DNA of 64,000 nucleotides from an uncultured Gammaproteobacteria bacterium (GTDB lineage Bacteria; Patescibacteriota; Patescibacteriia; Magasanikbacterales; UBA922). Under the pieces are notes generated by a model, which was not told the DNA's origin, made no database searches, and was given only the letters and a program-made list of their open reading frames with translations. This document shows, one piece after another, positions 55,160 to 64,000 of the stretch. Where the stretch lies: positions 45,039 to 109,038 of the forward strand of contig CAZTEU010000005.1 in NCBI GenBank assembly GCA_964612105.1, written 5' to 3'. The position numbers were made by a program, and so were the translations under genes. How positions within the stretch are numbered: the first letter of the stretch is position 1; each line of letters starts with the position of its first letter.

Positions 55160-56422
55160 TTACACACGATCGTATTCATGCATCATTATTTGTGCATCTA
55201 TTTGTTTTGCAACCTCAATTGCCACACTTACAACAATAAGCATACTCATACCACCAATTGCTAAAGACTGTATTCCAGACACCATCTGCACTATTACAGG
55301 CATGACAGCAATAGCACTCAAGAAGGTTGCTCCTGTAAACACAAGTCTTCCCATAATTTTACTTAGGTACTGTTCTGTCTGCTTACCCGGACGAATTCCA
55401 GGAATAAATCCACCTTGTCTTTGTAAGTTTTCTGCTATTTTGTCTGGTTTGAAAATAATTGCAGTATAGAAATATGTAAAACCAAATACCAGTAGGAAAT
55501 AAATTAAAGCGTAGATTATCTGATTACTAAATGCTGTACTTACTACTTTTGCAATACTTCCAATTACATCTGGACGATTTATAAAAAATTGTGCAATCAT
55601 TGGTGGGAACAACACAAGTGATACAGCAAAGATAATTGGAATAACACCTGCCATATTTACACGCAATGGAAGATGGGAGTTAGAACCCTGCCCCCTTACA
55701 CCTCTTGCCTTTGCATAACTAATAGGAATATTTCTCTGTCCTTCTGTTACAAATATTACTCCCACAATTGTAATAACTGCAATTACCAAAAAGAGAATAT
55801 AAGTGTATAAGTCAGCTGGATTATAGTTTACTATCAGATTCTGAGTTGTTGTAGGTAAAGCAGAAACAATAGCTGCAAAGATAAGAAGAGAAATACCATT
55901 TCCTACATTCTTTTCTGTGATAAGCTCACCAATCCACATAAGGAAAACAGTACCTGCTGTTACAGATAACAGCATGAACACAAATTGTAGGGTTGAGTTA
56001 CTGCCTAATATTCCTTGTGTTCCTTGTAATAGTTTAATAAGACTAAAAGCCTGTAACAATGCCAAAGGTATTGTAGATAAACGAGTATACATGTTTATCT
56101 TCTGCTGGCCGGACTCACCCTCTTTTGATAATTCTTCTAGCTGAGGAACAACCATAACAAGAAGCTGGAATATAATAGAGGCTGTAATGTATGGAGCAAC
56201 ACCAAGCATTACAATGGAAAAGTTTTCAATAGTACCACCAGAGAATAGGTTAAGCAGTCCTAGAATCTGGTTTCCAGAAAGTACATTCTTTAGTGCTTCC
56301 GCATCAACACCTGGCATTGGAATATGTGCTGTAAGACGGAATATGGTTAACATTGCAACCACAAAGAGTACGCGGTTGCGTACATCTTTAATTTTCCAGA
56401 TTTTCTCAAGTTTATCAAACAT
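55160..56422 (-). CDS. secY: Preprotein translocase subunit SecY
   Basis: LGVAPYITASII, GVIPIIFA, GGFIPGIRPG; start MFDKLE. Confidence 0.97.
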   Translation of the reverse strand: MFDKLEKIWKIKDVRNRVLFVVAMLTIFRLTAHIPMPGVDAEALKNVLSGNQILGLLNLFSGGTIENFSIVMLGVAPYITASIIFQLLVMVVPQLEELSKEGESGQQKINMYTRLSTIPLALLQAFSLIKLLQGTQGILGSNSTLQFVFMLLSVTAGTVFLMWIGELITEKNVGNGISLLIFAAIVSALPTTTQNLIVNYNPADLYTYILFLVIAVITIVGVIFVTEGQRNIPISYAKARGVRGQGSNSHLPLRVNMAGVIPIIFAVSLVLFPPMIAQFFINRPDVIGSIAKVVSTAFSNQIIYALIYFLLVFGFTYFYTAIIFKPDKIAENLQRQGGFIPGIRPGKQTEQYLSKIMGRLVFTGATFLSAIAVMPVIVQMVSGIQSLAIGGMSMLIVVSVAIEVAKQIDAQIMMHEYDRV

Positions 56423-56423
56423 G

Positions 56424-56867
56424 TTAGAAGGTAACTTTTCCACCCTTCTTTTCAATTATTTCAAGGGCTTTTTTTGTTACAACACATCCTTTAAGGTTTA
56501 CTGAATGAGATAACTCACCACCTGCTACAACCTTTACTCCATTTCTTGCTTTCTTAATTACTCCAAGCTTTTCTAACATATATGGAGTAACTGTCTCGCC
56601 TTCTTTAGAAACACGGGAGAGAACAGCAAGTGTAACTGTTTGTTTTGGTGGTTTGATAGATTTAAAACCGCGTACTTTAGGAACTTTCTGTAATGCCTGT
56701 TTTAATCCTCTTACTTTTAAACCACCTTTACCACCAGAACGAGACCTCTGTCCTTTAAGACCACGAGTTGAATAAGTACCTCTTCCTGAGGCATTACCAC
56801 GACCAACTCGCTTCTTAGTTTTGCGAGATCCTTTTGCACTCTTAATTGTACTTGCTGAAAGTGTCAT
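56424..56867 (-). CDS. rplO: 50S ribosomal protein L15
   Basis: RVGRGNASGRG..RGLKGQRSRSG. Confidence 0.95.
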   Translation of the reverse strand: MTLSASTIKSAKGSRKTKKRVGRGNASGRGTYSTRGLKGQRSRSGGKGGLKVRGLKQALQKVPKVRGFKSIKPPKQTVTLAVLSRVSKEGETVTPYMLEKLGVIKKARNGVKVVAGGELSHSVNLKGCVVTKKALEIIEKKGGKVTF

Positions 56868-56876
56868 AGTCTAGTA

Positions 56877-57485
56877 TTATTTTGTACCCTTAACTTCCTT
56901 TACTTCTTCTACTTTTGGAGTATCTGTTACTGTCTTTTGCTTTGTATTTTTCTTTTGTGAATCAGCAATTTTCTTTGCTTTCGCTACAGCCTTAGGTCTA
57001 AACATTCCAAGTGCTTTAAACACTGTCTTTACATTTGTAATCTTATTATTAGTTTTTCCAACCATTTTGGAACTTGCATTTGGTACACCTGCCAATTCTA
57101 GGATTGTACGGATAGAACTACCTGCAATTATACCAGATCCTCTCGGTGCTGGCTTTAGTAGAATTCTACCTGCCTTAAACTTTGTTTCTATTCTATGAGG
57201 AATAGTGTCGTTCACAATTGGAATACGAATCATGTTCTTTTTTGCTTGACGCACAGCTTTCTCAACAGCAATTTGCACATCTTTTCCTTTTTGTACTCCA
57301 TATCCAACACGCCCTTTGCGATCACCAATTAGAATACAAACCCTAAAACTTAGTTGCTTTCCACCTTTTGTAACACGTGTAACACGAGCAAGGTCAACAA
57401 TTTGCTGATCAAACTCAGGCTTCTCTTTTTTAAACTTTGAGCCTCTGTGATTACGTTTATTACGTTTTCCTTGCTGTTTTTCCAT
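56877..57485 (-). CDS. rpsE: 30S ribosomal protein S5
   Basis: RVTRVTKGGK, PAPRGSGIIAG. Confidence 0.96.
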   Translation of the reverse strand: MEKQQGKRNKRNHRGSKFKKEKPEFDQQIVDLARVTRVTKGGKQLSFRVCILIGDRKGRVGYGVQKGKDVQIAVEKAVRQAKKNMIRIPIVNDTIPHRIETKFKAGRILLKPAPRGSGIIAGSSIRTILELAGVPNASSKMVGKTNNKITNVKTVFKALGMFRPKAVAKAKKIADSQKKNTKQKTVTDTPKVEEVKEVKGTK

Positions 57486-57493
57486 AATTTCTA

Positions 57494-57868
57494 TTAAAAT
57501 TTCAGACCACCATCACGAGCGCCTTCTGCTACAGCCTGCACTCGCCCATGATAGGCATTTCCACCACGATCAAAAACTACAGTGGAGATTTTTTCTTGCT
57601 GTGCCTTTTCTGCAATAACCTTACCCAAAAGATATGCAACAGCTACTTTTCCAGTTCTCTCGCCAGCGTCTCCCTTACCTGCGTCTTTCTTTGAATTAAC
57701 ACTTACTATAGTTTTTCCTGATGTGTCATCAATAAGCTGTACATATAGTCCCTTAAGACTTCTTCCAACGTGGAGTCTTGGACGACTAGATGTTCCACTA
57801 ACAACCGCACGTACACGTGCGTGACGTCTTTGTCGTCTTTTGGATTTTGTCTGAGGTATTTTGCTCAT
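57494..57868 (-). CDS. rplR: 50S ribosomal protein L18
   Basis: RPRL, VFDRGG..YHGRV. Confidence 0.96.
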   Translation of the reverse strand: MSKIPQTKSKRRQRRHARVRAVVSGTSSRPRLHVGRSLKGLYVQLIDDTSGKTIVSVNSKKDAGKGDAGERTGKVAVAYLLGKVIAEKAQQEKISTVVFDRGGNAYHGRVQAVAEGARDGGLKF

Positions 57869-57874
57869 ATTATA

Positions 57875-58420
57875 TTATTCTGCAGTTTTAGCAGTTTTTC
57901 CAGCTTTGCGACGGATTACTTCATCAATATATTTAATTCCTTTACCTTTGTATGGTTCTGGTTTACGGATACTTCTAATTTCTGCAGCAACCTGCCCAAC
58001 CAACTCTTTGTCTGCTCCGTTGATTGTAATTACATTTTTTTCAACTTCTGCTTTAATTCCTTCTGGAACTTTATAAATAACAGGGTGAGAAAAACCAACT
58101 TCTATTTTTAGATCTGTCCCCTGTGGAGCTACACGATAACCAACTCCATTTATTTCTAATTGTTTTTTAAAACCTTCTGATACTCCAACTACCATGTTCT
58201 TAAGATGAGAAGCAAAAGTACCCCACAATGCGCGTTGTACCTTATCTTCTTTGTCTGGAACATCAACAGTAGCAATACCATCTGCAACATTTACTGTAAC
58301 TGGTTCTACAATCTTGCGCTCAAGAGTGTCCTTTGGTCCTTGCACCTTTAACAAACCATCAGCTACGCTTACGGTTACACCTTGCGGAATTGCTATTTCT
58401 TGTTTTCCTATACGTGACAT
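57875..58420 (-). CDS. rplF: 50S ribosomal protein L6
   Basis: MSRIGK, PEPYKGKGIKY. Confidence 0.97.
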   Translation of the reverse strand: MSRIGKQEIAIPQGVTVSVADGLLKVQGPKDTLERKIVEPVTVNVADGIATVDVPDKEDKVQRALWGTFASHLKNMVVGVSEGFKKQLEINGVGYRVAPQGTDLKIEVGFSHPVIYKVPEGIKAEVEKNVITINGADKELVGQVAAEIRSIRKPEPYKGKGIKYIDEVIRRKAGKTAKTAE

Positions 58421-58421
58421 A

Positions 58422-58811
58422 TTAGTAGATTGAACAAATTACTTCTCCTCCAATTCCTTGTTTCTTTGCATCCTTATTTGTCATTAAACCTTTTGATGTA
58501 GAAACAATAGCTATACCATATCCGTTTAATACTGTAGGAAGTTCATCAGCTTTTCTGTACACTCTGTGTCCAGGCTTACTCTCTCTCTTTATAGAAGCAA
58601 TAGCTGGTTGTTTATCTTCATACTTCAATTCAACCACTAGCTGTACTGGCAATCCATCTTGTTCTGATATTTTTCCTACATAACCCTCATTGCTCAAAAT
58701 CTCAACAACTGCTCTTTTCACTTTTGATGCAGGAATTAAAACCTCACGCTTCTTTGAAAGTTGAGCGTTACGGATTCTTGTTAACATGTCTGCTATTGGA
58801 TCGGTCATCAT
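58422..58811 (-). CDS. rpsH: 30S ribosomal protein S8
   Basis: DPIADMLTRIRNA, STSKGLMT. Confidence 0.97.
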   Translation of the reverse strand: MMTDPIADMLTRIRNAQLSKKREVLIPASKVKRAVVEILSNEGYVGKISEQDGLPVQLVVELKYEDKQPAIASIKRESKPGHRVYRKADELPTVLNGYGIAIVSTSKGLMTNKDAKKQGIGGEVICSIY

Positions 58812-58820
58812 ATGTTTATT

Positions 58821-59006
58821 TTACCAGCTGGATTTACGAACACCTGGTAACTTTCCTTGATTAGCTAATTCTCTAAAACAAATACGGCATAAACCAAACT
58901 TGCGCATATATCCACGCTTTCTACCACATTTCCAACATCTGCGAGATTCGCGTGTGCTGAACTTTGGCTTTCTGTTTGATTGTGCAATCTTTGCCTTTGT
59001 TGCCAT
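58821..59006 (-). CDS. rpsN: 30S ribosomal protein S14 (zinc-binding type)
   Basis: [24 protein letters not shown]. Confidence 0.96.
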   Translation of the reverse strand: MATKAKIAQSNRKPKFSTRESRRCWKCGRKRGYMRKFGLCRICFRELANQGKLPGVRKSSW

Positions 59007-59008
59007 AT

Positions 59009-59554
59009 TTATTTCTTTTTAAATGGGAAACCTAGTCTAGATAGTAACGCTAGTCCTTGTTCATTATTATCCGCTGTAGTTGAAATAACTACTTCCATTC
59101 CATGAATCCTTTCCATACCTTCTGCATTTACTTCTGGAAATGCTATGTTTTCCTTAAAACCAATTGTATAGTTTCCTTTTCCATCAAAACTCTTTGGACT
59201 AATTCCTCTAAAATCACGAACACGCGGAAGAGCAACATTCACCATTCTGTACAGAAATTCGTACATCTTATCTCCACGTAAAGTTACAGATGCTCCGATT
59301 GGCATTCCTTCACGAATCTTAAAGTTAGAAATAGATTTCTTTGCTTTATTATGTACAGGTTTTTGTCCTGTAATTACTGTAAGCGTGTTATCTACATTTT
59401 CTATAAATGACTTGTCCTTGTTGTGACGACCGTATCCAACATTAACAACAACCTTACTTATCTTTGGTACTTCCATTATGTTGCTCTTTCCTAACTCCTC
59501 TTTTAGGGCAGGTACAACATCTTTTATATATTGTTTGTATAGGTTGCTTTTCAT
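59009..59554 (-). CDS. rplE: 50S ribosomal protein L5
   Basis: [15 protein letters not shown]. Confidence 0.97.
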   Translation of the reverse strand: MKSNLYKQYIKDVVPALKEELGKSNIMEVPKISKVVVNVGYGRHNKDKSFIENVDNTLTVITGQKPVHNKAKKSISNFKIREGMPIGASVTLRGDKMYEFLYRMVNVALPRVRDFRGISPKSFDGKGNYTIGFKENIAFPEVNAEGMERIHGMEVVISTTADNNEQGLALLSRLGFPFKKK

Positions 59555-59555
59555 A

Positions 59556-59876
59556 TTAACTTATAAACTCTCCACTTACACGAGAAATTCTTTTCTTGTC
59601 TGAACCTTCTTTTTTGAACCCAACTCGTGTTGGCTTGTTTGATTTTGGATCTATTAACTGAACATTACTAACATCCATAGGAGCCGGAAGTTCTATAATC
59701 TGTCCTTTTTCACCGCGGTTTCTTGTTCGTAGGTGCTTCTTTAGTATGTTTAGTTTGTCTACAACTATTGATACTTTGTTATTTTTCTTGTTTTTTAGTA
59801 CCTGAACAACCTTACCAGTTTTTCCGCGGTCCTTACCTACTAATATCTTTACTTTGTCGCCTGATTTAATCTTCAT
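59556..59876 (-). CDS. rplX: 50S ribosomal protein L24
   Basis: GDKVKILVGKDRGKTG KOW motif. Confidence 0.95.
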   Translation of the reverse strand: MKIKSGDKVKILVGKDRGKTGKVVQVLKNKKNNKVSIVVDKLNILKKHLRTRNRGEKGQIIELPAPMDVSNVQLIDPKSNKPTRVGFKKEGSDKKRISRVSGEFIS

Positions 59877-59877
59877 A

Positions 59878-60249
59878 TTATAATACTTCCGGTGCTAATG
59901 AAATAATCTTTTGAAAACCTTTGGTTCTAAGCTCTCTTGCAACAGGTCCAAAAATACGAGTAGCTTTTGGTTCTTTAGTCTTACGATCTATAACTACAGC
60001 TGCATTTTCATCAAAACGAATATATGTGCCATCTTTACGTCTCATTTCTTTTCTTTGACGAACAATTACAGCATGGATAACCTCACCTTTTTTAACATTT
60101 GTACGTGGCTCTGCTTCTTTTACAGAACAAGTTACAATATCTCCGATTCTTGCAAAGCGTTTTTTGTAACCACCAAGAACACGAATACATTTAAGTTTCT
60201 TTGCTCCAGAGTTATCTGCTACTTTTAGCATGCTTTGATCTTGAATCAT
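59878..60249 (-). CDS. rplN: 50S ribosomal protein L14
   Basis: [18 protein letters not shown]. Confidence 0.97.
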   Translation of the reverse strand: MIQDQSMLKVADNSGAKKLKCIRVLGGYKKRFARIGDIVTCSVKEAEPRTNVKKGEVIHAVIVRQRKEMRRKDGTYIRFDENAAVVIDRKTKEPKATRIFGPVARELRTKGFQKIISLAPEVL

Positions 60250-60258
60250 ATTCTTAGA

Positions 60259-60537
60259 TTAGATGGCTTCTTTTACAACCTTAGTTAATCTCCATCTCTT
60301 TGTCTTACTTAATGGTCTACATTCTTGAAACTTTACAGTATCACCAACATTTGCTTCATTCTTTTCATCGTGTATAGCATATTTCTTAATTGTTACATAC
60401 TGTTTGCGGTATTTTGAATGCATTTTAGTGGTACGAACAGCCACATGAATTGTTTTGTCTTCTTTTACACTAACAACAACTCCATCAAATTCTCTCTTGA
60501 TAGTTTCTCTTTTTGGTTGTATTTTTTTATCTTCCAT
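60259..60537 (-). CDS. rpsQ: 30S ribosomal protein S17
   Basis: ECRPLSKTKRW. Confidence 0.96.
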   Translation of the reverse strand: MEDKKIQPKRETIKREFDGVVVSVKEDKTIHVAVRTTKMHSKYRKQYVTIKKYAIHDEKNEANVGDTVKFQECRPLSKTKRWRLTKVVKEAI

Positions 60538-60539
60538 AC

Positions 60540-60758
60540 TTATGATGTTGTTTCATTTTTCTGAGGCTCCATAATAGCATGAGAACCAAGTGCCGTCAAT
60601 AACTGTGCAATGTTCTTTCTTGTCTTTCTTATTGCACGCACATCTTTTAACTGATTTTCTCCAGCATGAAAACGAAGCTCACGTAACTTTGCGCGTTGCT
60701 CTGTTAGCAATTCATTCAATTCTTTCTTATTTTTGTGCTTGATTTCTTTAGAATCCAT
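60540..60758 (-). CDS. rpmC: 50S ribosomal protein L29
   Basis: Operon position; LRF...IRKTRKNIAQLLT. Confidence 0.92.
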   Translation of the reverse strand: MDSKEIKHKNKKELNELLTEQRAKLRELRFHAGENQLKDVRAIRKTRKNIAQLLTALGSHAIMEPQKNETTS

Positions 60759-60764
60759 ACTTCT

Positions 60765-61178
60765 TTATTTACGTTCCACAATTTTTGCCTGAACTGGCAA
60801 TTTGTGTCTAGCTTTGTCCAATGCCTCACGTGCCTTGTCTTCTGGAATCCCACCTATTTCAAACATAATTGTTCCAGGTTTCACTACTGTCATATAATAT
60901 TCTGGTGCACCTTTTCCTTTTCCCATGGGTACCTCAGAACCTTTCTTAGTTACTGGATGATCTGGAAATAGACGAATCCATACTTTTCCACCACGACGCA
61001 CGTAACGTGTCAAAACACGACGTGTTGCCTCTATCTGTCTAGAATTAACCCAAGCATGTCCAACTGATTTCAATCCGTGAGAGCCAAAAGAAACCTTGGT
61101 CATTCGCGTAGCGACACCCTTGTTCATTCGTCTTGGCTTGTGCCATTTTCTATGTTTTACCTTTTTTGGAATTAACAT
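60765..61178 (-). CDS. rplP: 50S ribosomal protein L16
   Basis: RQIEA, MGKGKG. Confidence 0.96.
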   Translation of the reverse strand: MLIPKKVKHRKWHKPRRMNKGVATRMTKVSFGSHGLKSVGHAWVNSRQIEATRRVLTRYVRRGGKVWIRLFPDHPVTKKGSEVPMGKGKGAPEYYMTVVKPGTIMFEIGGIPEDKAREALDKARHKLPVQAKIVERK

Positions 61179-61180
61179 AC

Positions 61181-61936
61181 TTATTTATCAGTCTTTTGTG
61201 TTTTACTTGCTTCTTGCTTGTTATCACCTGATCTATTTTTTCTGTGTGATCTCTTTGGTTTTCTACCTTCCTTTTGTTCACCTTGTTCAAAATGATTCTT
61301 TCTTCCAAAAACTTCCCCGTGGTAGATCCATACCTTAATTCCAATTACACCGTATACAGTATTAGCTTCCACTGCTGCGTACTCAATATCACTACGAAGT
61401 GTGATTAGGGGAATCTTTCCTGCTGAAATAGTTTCTGTACGTGCAATGTCTGCTCCATTAAGACGACCAGCCATAGATACCTTTATACCCTTTGCGTTCG
61501 CCTTCATTGTACGATCAATTGCTTGTTTCATTACACGACGGAATGGAATACGTCTTTCTATGTCTGAAGCCATTGATTGAGCCATAACCTGTGAAGAAAG
61601 AGATGGGTTTCTAACTTCTTGCACATTTAGTTTCACTTTTAATGAAAACTTAAGGATCTGTCTTTCAATGTGCTTTCTTACTAATTCCAACCCCTGTCCA
61701 CCACGACCTATAATAAATCCAGGTTTTGCAGCTTGTACAGTGATTGTCATGTTTTTTGGACCACGTTCAACACGGATAGCATCAATTCTTGCATCTTTAA
61801 ACTTCTTTCCAAGAAATTCACGGATACGAATATCCTCTTTAGCAAACTTTGCATAGTTCTTTCTTGAGAACCAACGTGAGTGCCAAGTGTAAATTACTTG
61901 TGTGCGATGAATTGTGGGGTGGACTTTGTGACCCAT
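61181..61936 (-). CDS. rpsC: 30S ribosomal protein S3
   Basis: MGHKVHP, GRLNGADIAR, GIKVWI. Confidence 0.97.
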   Translation of the reverse strand: MGHKVHPTIHRTQVIYTWHSRWFSRKNYAKFAKEDIRIREFLGKKFKDARIDAIRVERGPKNMTITVQAAKPGFIIGRGGQGLELVRKHIERQILKFSLKVKLNVQEVRNPSLSSQVMAQSMASDIERRIPFRRVMKQAIDRTMKANAKGIKVSMAGRLNGADIARTETISAGKIPLITLRSDIEYAAVEANTVYGVIGIKVWIYHGEVFGRKNHFEQGEQKEGRKPKRSHRKNRSGDNKQEASKTQKTDK

Positions 61937-61938
61937 AA

Positions 61939-62496
61939 TTATTTATTACCTTTACGTATTGCTTGTGTTTGTTTCTTTGAGGCAGTATTGGGTTTGCTGT
62001 GCTTTCCTGTGTCTATATTATGACGTTTAGGAACTGATGCCTGCTTCTTTTCTGAATCTTCTTCTTTGTTTTCTACTTTCTCACTTTCGTTGTTATTTTC
62101 AGCTTTGGATTTTTCTTTTTTCTTCTCAGCTTCAGCTTTCTTCAATGCTTTTTCATCTACATCACCTTCTAGGACTAGTGTAATGTGGGATGTTCTTTTG
62201 CGTAATGGTGTAGCACGTCCAAACGCACGTGGCATCCAACGGTGAAATGTTGGTCCGCCATCTACCATAATTGTTTTTACAACTAAACTATCTTCTACCA
62301 TGCTGTGATTGTGAATTGCATTTGCAATCGCACTTCTTATAAGTTTTTCTACTGGACGAGCAGCATGTTTTTTTGAAAACTGTAATTGCAACAAAGCTTT
62401 CTTTGTATCCATACCACGAACAAGATCAGCAATAAGGCGAACCTTTCTAGGGCTAATTCTCAATCGTCTTAATTTTGCTGTTGTTTGCAATTTCAT
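61939..62496 (-). CDS. rplV: 50S ribosomal protein L22 with charged C-terminal extension
   Basis: RISPRKVRL, PRAFGRA..RKRTSHIT. Confidence 0.96.
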   Translation of the reverse strand: MKLQTTAKLRRLRISPRKVRLIADLVRGMDTKKALLQLQFSKKHAARPVEKLIRSAIANAIHNHSMVEDSLVVKTIMVDGGPTFHRWMPRAFGRATPLRKRTSHITLVLEGDVDEKALKKAEAEKKKEKSKAENNNESEKVENKEEDSEKKQASVPKRHNIDTGKHSKPNTASKKQTQAIRKGNK

Positions 62497-62499
62497 ATA

Positions 62500-62778
62500 T
62501 TATTTTTGTCCCTTTGCAAGTTTACCTCCATGACCTTTAAAGGTTCTTGTTGGGGAAAACTCACCAAGTTTGTGTCCTACCATATTTTCATCAACAAGAA
62601 TATCAATAAACTTGCGCCCATTGTGGACTGCAAAGTACAACCCTACCATTTCTGGTGTTATTGTTGATGCTCTTGCCCATGTCTTGATAGGTTTCTTATC
62701 TCCAGTAGCCTTAGCTGCTGCAACCTTTTTCATGAGCTTTTCATCTATAAATGGTCCTTTTTTTAAACTACGTGACAT
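62500..62778 (-). CDS. rpsS: 30S ribosomal protein S19
   Basis: [19 protein letters not shown]. Confidence 0.97.
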   Translation of the reverse strand: MSRSLKKGPFIDEKLMKKVAAAKATGDKKPIKTWARASTITPEMVGLYFAVHNGRKFIDILVDENMVGHKLGEFSPTRTFKGHGGKLAKGQK

Positions 62779-62780
62779 AT

Positions 62781-63629
62781 TTATGATCTTTTCTTCTTTT
62801 TACGTGGTGACACAATAAACTTGTTACTTGATTTTCCTTTCTTTCTTGTCTTAACACCCAAAGCTTTCTTACCCCATGGAGTTTTTGGTCCACCTTTTAG
62901 ACCAATAGGCTGTGCACCTTCTCCACCTCCATGCGGGTGATCTACTGGGTTCATAGCTTTACCTCTAACAGTAGGTCTCCAACCCATGTGGCGTCTACGA
63001 CCAGCTTTTCCAAGTCTTACTAATTTGTAATCTGAGTTACTAACTTTACCAATAGTAGCAAGATTTTCCTTTTTTACAAGTCTTACCTCTCCAGACGGAA
63101 GTTTGAGTTGAGCAAATTTTCCTTCCACAACCTGTAACTGAGCACCATTTCCTGCTCCACGTACCATCTGACCACCTTTACCAGGAGTAATTTCCAAATT
63201 GTATACAAATAAACCTGTTGGGATGTGCTCTAGTGGCATACGGTTTCCAACCACAGCTTCTATCTTCTTGTCAGAAGAAAGCACCTTATCACCAACCTTC
63301 ATGCCTGCAGCCGCTAATATATAGCTCTTCTTACCGTCTTCGTATTGGATAAGAGCAATTCTAGGTCCACGATTTGGGTCGTACTCAATAGCAATTACTT
63401 CTGCTTGTTTATCAAAAGCATATCTCTTGAAATCTATAATACGATATAGTTTCTTTGCTCCACCACCACGGTGACGTACCATAATTTTACCAGTGTTATT
63501 GCGTCCACTGTGTCTTTTTAGGCGTTCAACAAGTGATTTCTCTGGTCTCTTTTTTGTTACATCAGAAAAATCCTGTACGCTTGCGCCACGTCGTCCCGGA
63601 GTTGTTGGTTTGTATTTCTTTACTGCCAT
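62781..63629 (-). CDS. rplB: 50S ribosomal protein L2
   Basis: [20 protein letters not shown]. Confidence 0.97.
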   Translation of the reverse strand: MAVKKYKPTTPGRRGASVQDFSDVTKKRPEKSLVERLKRHSGRNNTGKIMVRHRGGGAKKLYRIIDFKRYAFDKQAEVIAIEYDPNRGPRIALIQYEDGKKSYILAAAGMKVGDKVLSSDKKIEAVVGNRMPLEHIPTGLFVYNLEITPGKGGQMVRGAGNGAQLQVVEGKFAQLKLPSGEVRLVKKENLATIGKVSNSDYKLVRLGKAGRRRHMGWRPTVRGKAMNPVDHPHGGGEGAQPIGLKGGPKTPWGKKALGVKTRKKGKSSNKFIVSPRKKKKRS

Positions 63630-63638
63630 ATATTAGTA

Positions 63639-64000
63639 TTAAACACCGGAGTGAACATCAATAGTCTTCCCTTTCGGTAATGTAATAATTGCCTTTTTCC
63701 AGTCTTTACGTTTTCCTCTAATTCTTCCTGTGCTTGTCTTTTTTCCATCCATGTGAATTACACGAACTTTTACTGGTAAAACTCCATACACATCCTTAAC
63801 TGCGTTCTTTATTTCAACCTTAGAAGACTCTCTGTTAACTACAAAAGTATATTTTCCAAATATTTCTTCGGATGTAGCCTTTTCTGTAACATGTGGTTTG
63901 ATCAGAACTGAGTGAGCTCTACTATGTGAAAGAGGTTTTTTGGATACACTTGTCTTTTTCTCTGCTTCCTTCTTGATCTCTTCCTTTTTTTCTTCTTTCT
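63639..64000 (-). CDS. rplW: 50S ribosomal protein L23 (start beyond window; N-terminal extension)
   Basis: Manual translation: LIKPHVTEKA...KYTFVV...GKRKDWKKAIITL..GKTIDVHSGV*. Confidence 0.93.
   Translation of the reverse strand, partial: KEEKKEEIKKEAEKKTSVSKKPLSHSRAHSVLIKPHVTEKATSEEIFGKYTFVVNRESSKVEIKNAVKDVYGVLPVKVRVIHMDGKKTSTGRIRGKRKDWKKAIITLPKGKTIDVHSGV

Overview
This looks like AT-rich chromosomal DNA from a Patescibacteria/CPR bacterium. That is inferred from the lack of rpmD in the spc operon, SD-less and near-leaderless housekeeping genes, and a pilin-like fusion protein. The backbone is ordinary: dnaE (partial), pheST, rseP, a phosphomannomutase, a Clp ATPase, radA, recG, LCP, der, pth, dprA, folC, topA, rel, parAB, scpAB, aspS, asnS, recO, ruvX, map, adk, secY, the spc/S10 ribosomal protein genes, and two tRNAs (Arg-GCG, Leu-CAA). 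Six short GC-rich islands of orphan genes sit between these genes (about 8.6-10.0, 21.2-21.6, 23.8-24.1, 33.9-35.1, 43.3-43.9 and 51.5-52.1 kb). Each has its own near-consensus sigma70 promoter, a Shine-Dalgarno site that the host genes lack, and stem-loops in its UTRs. The most striking is 8587-10066, which is built like an rRNA operon: a promoter, then three units of [boxA-like motif, 5' arm, small membrane-protein ORF, 3' arm], then a terminator. Each ORF is enclosed by its own ~26-bp long-range stem. The three stems differ in sequence but covary, their outer-stem mismatches are all G-U on the transcribed strand, and the bulge sits at a similar position in each. Also noted: a two-domain protein resembling CPR DGR targets (no RT or template repeat in the window), a possible pair of complementary small RNAs after topA, a pilin-like/M15 peptidase fusion, and an AftA-like glycosyltransferase. 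All family assignments come from motif recognition by eye; no database searches were run.
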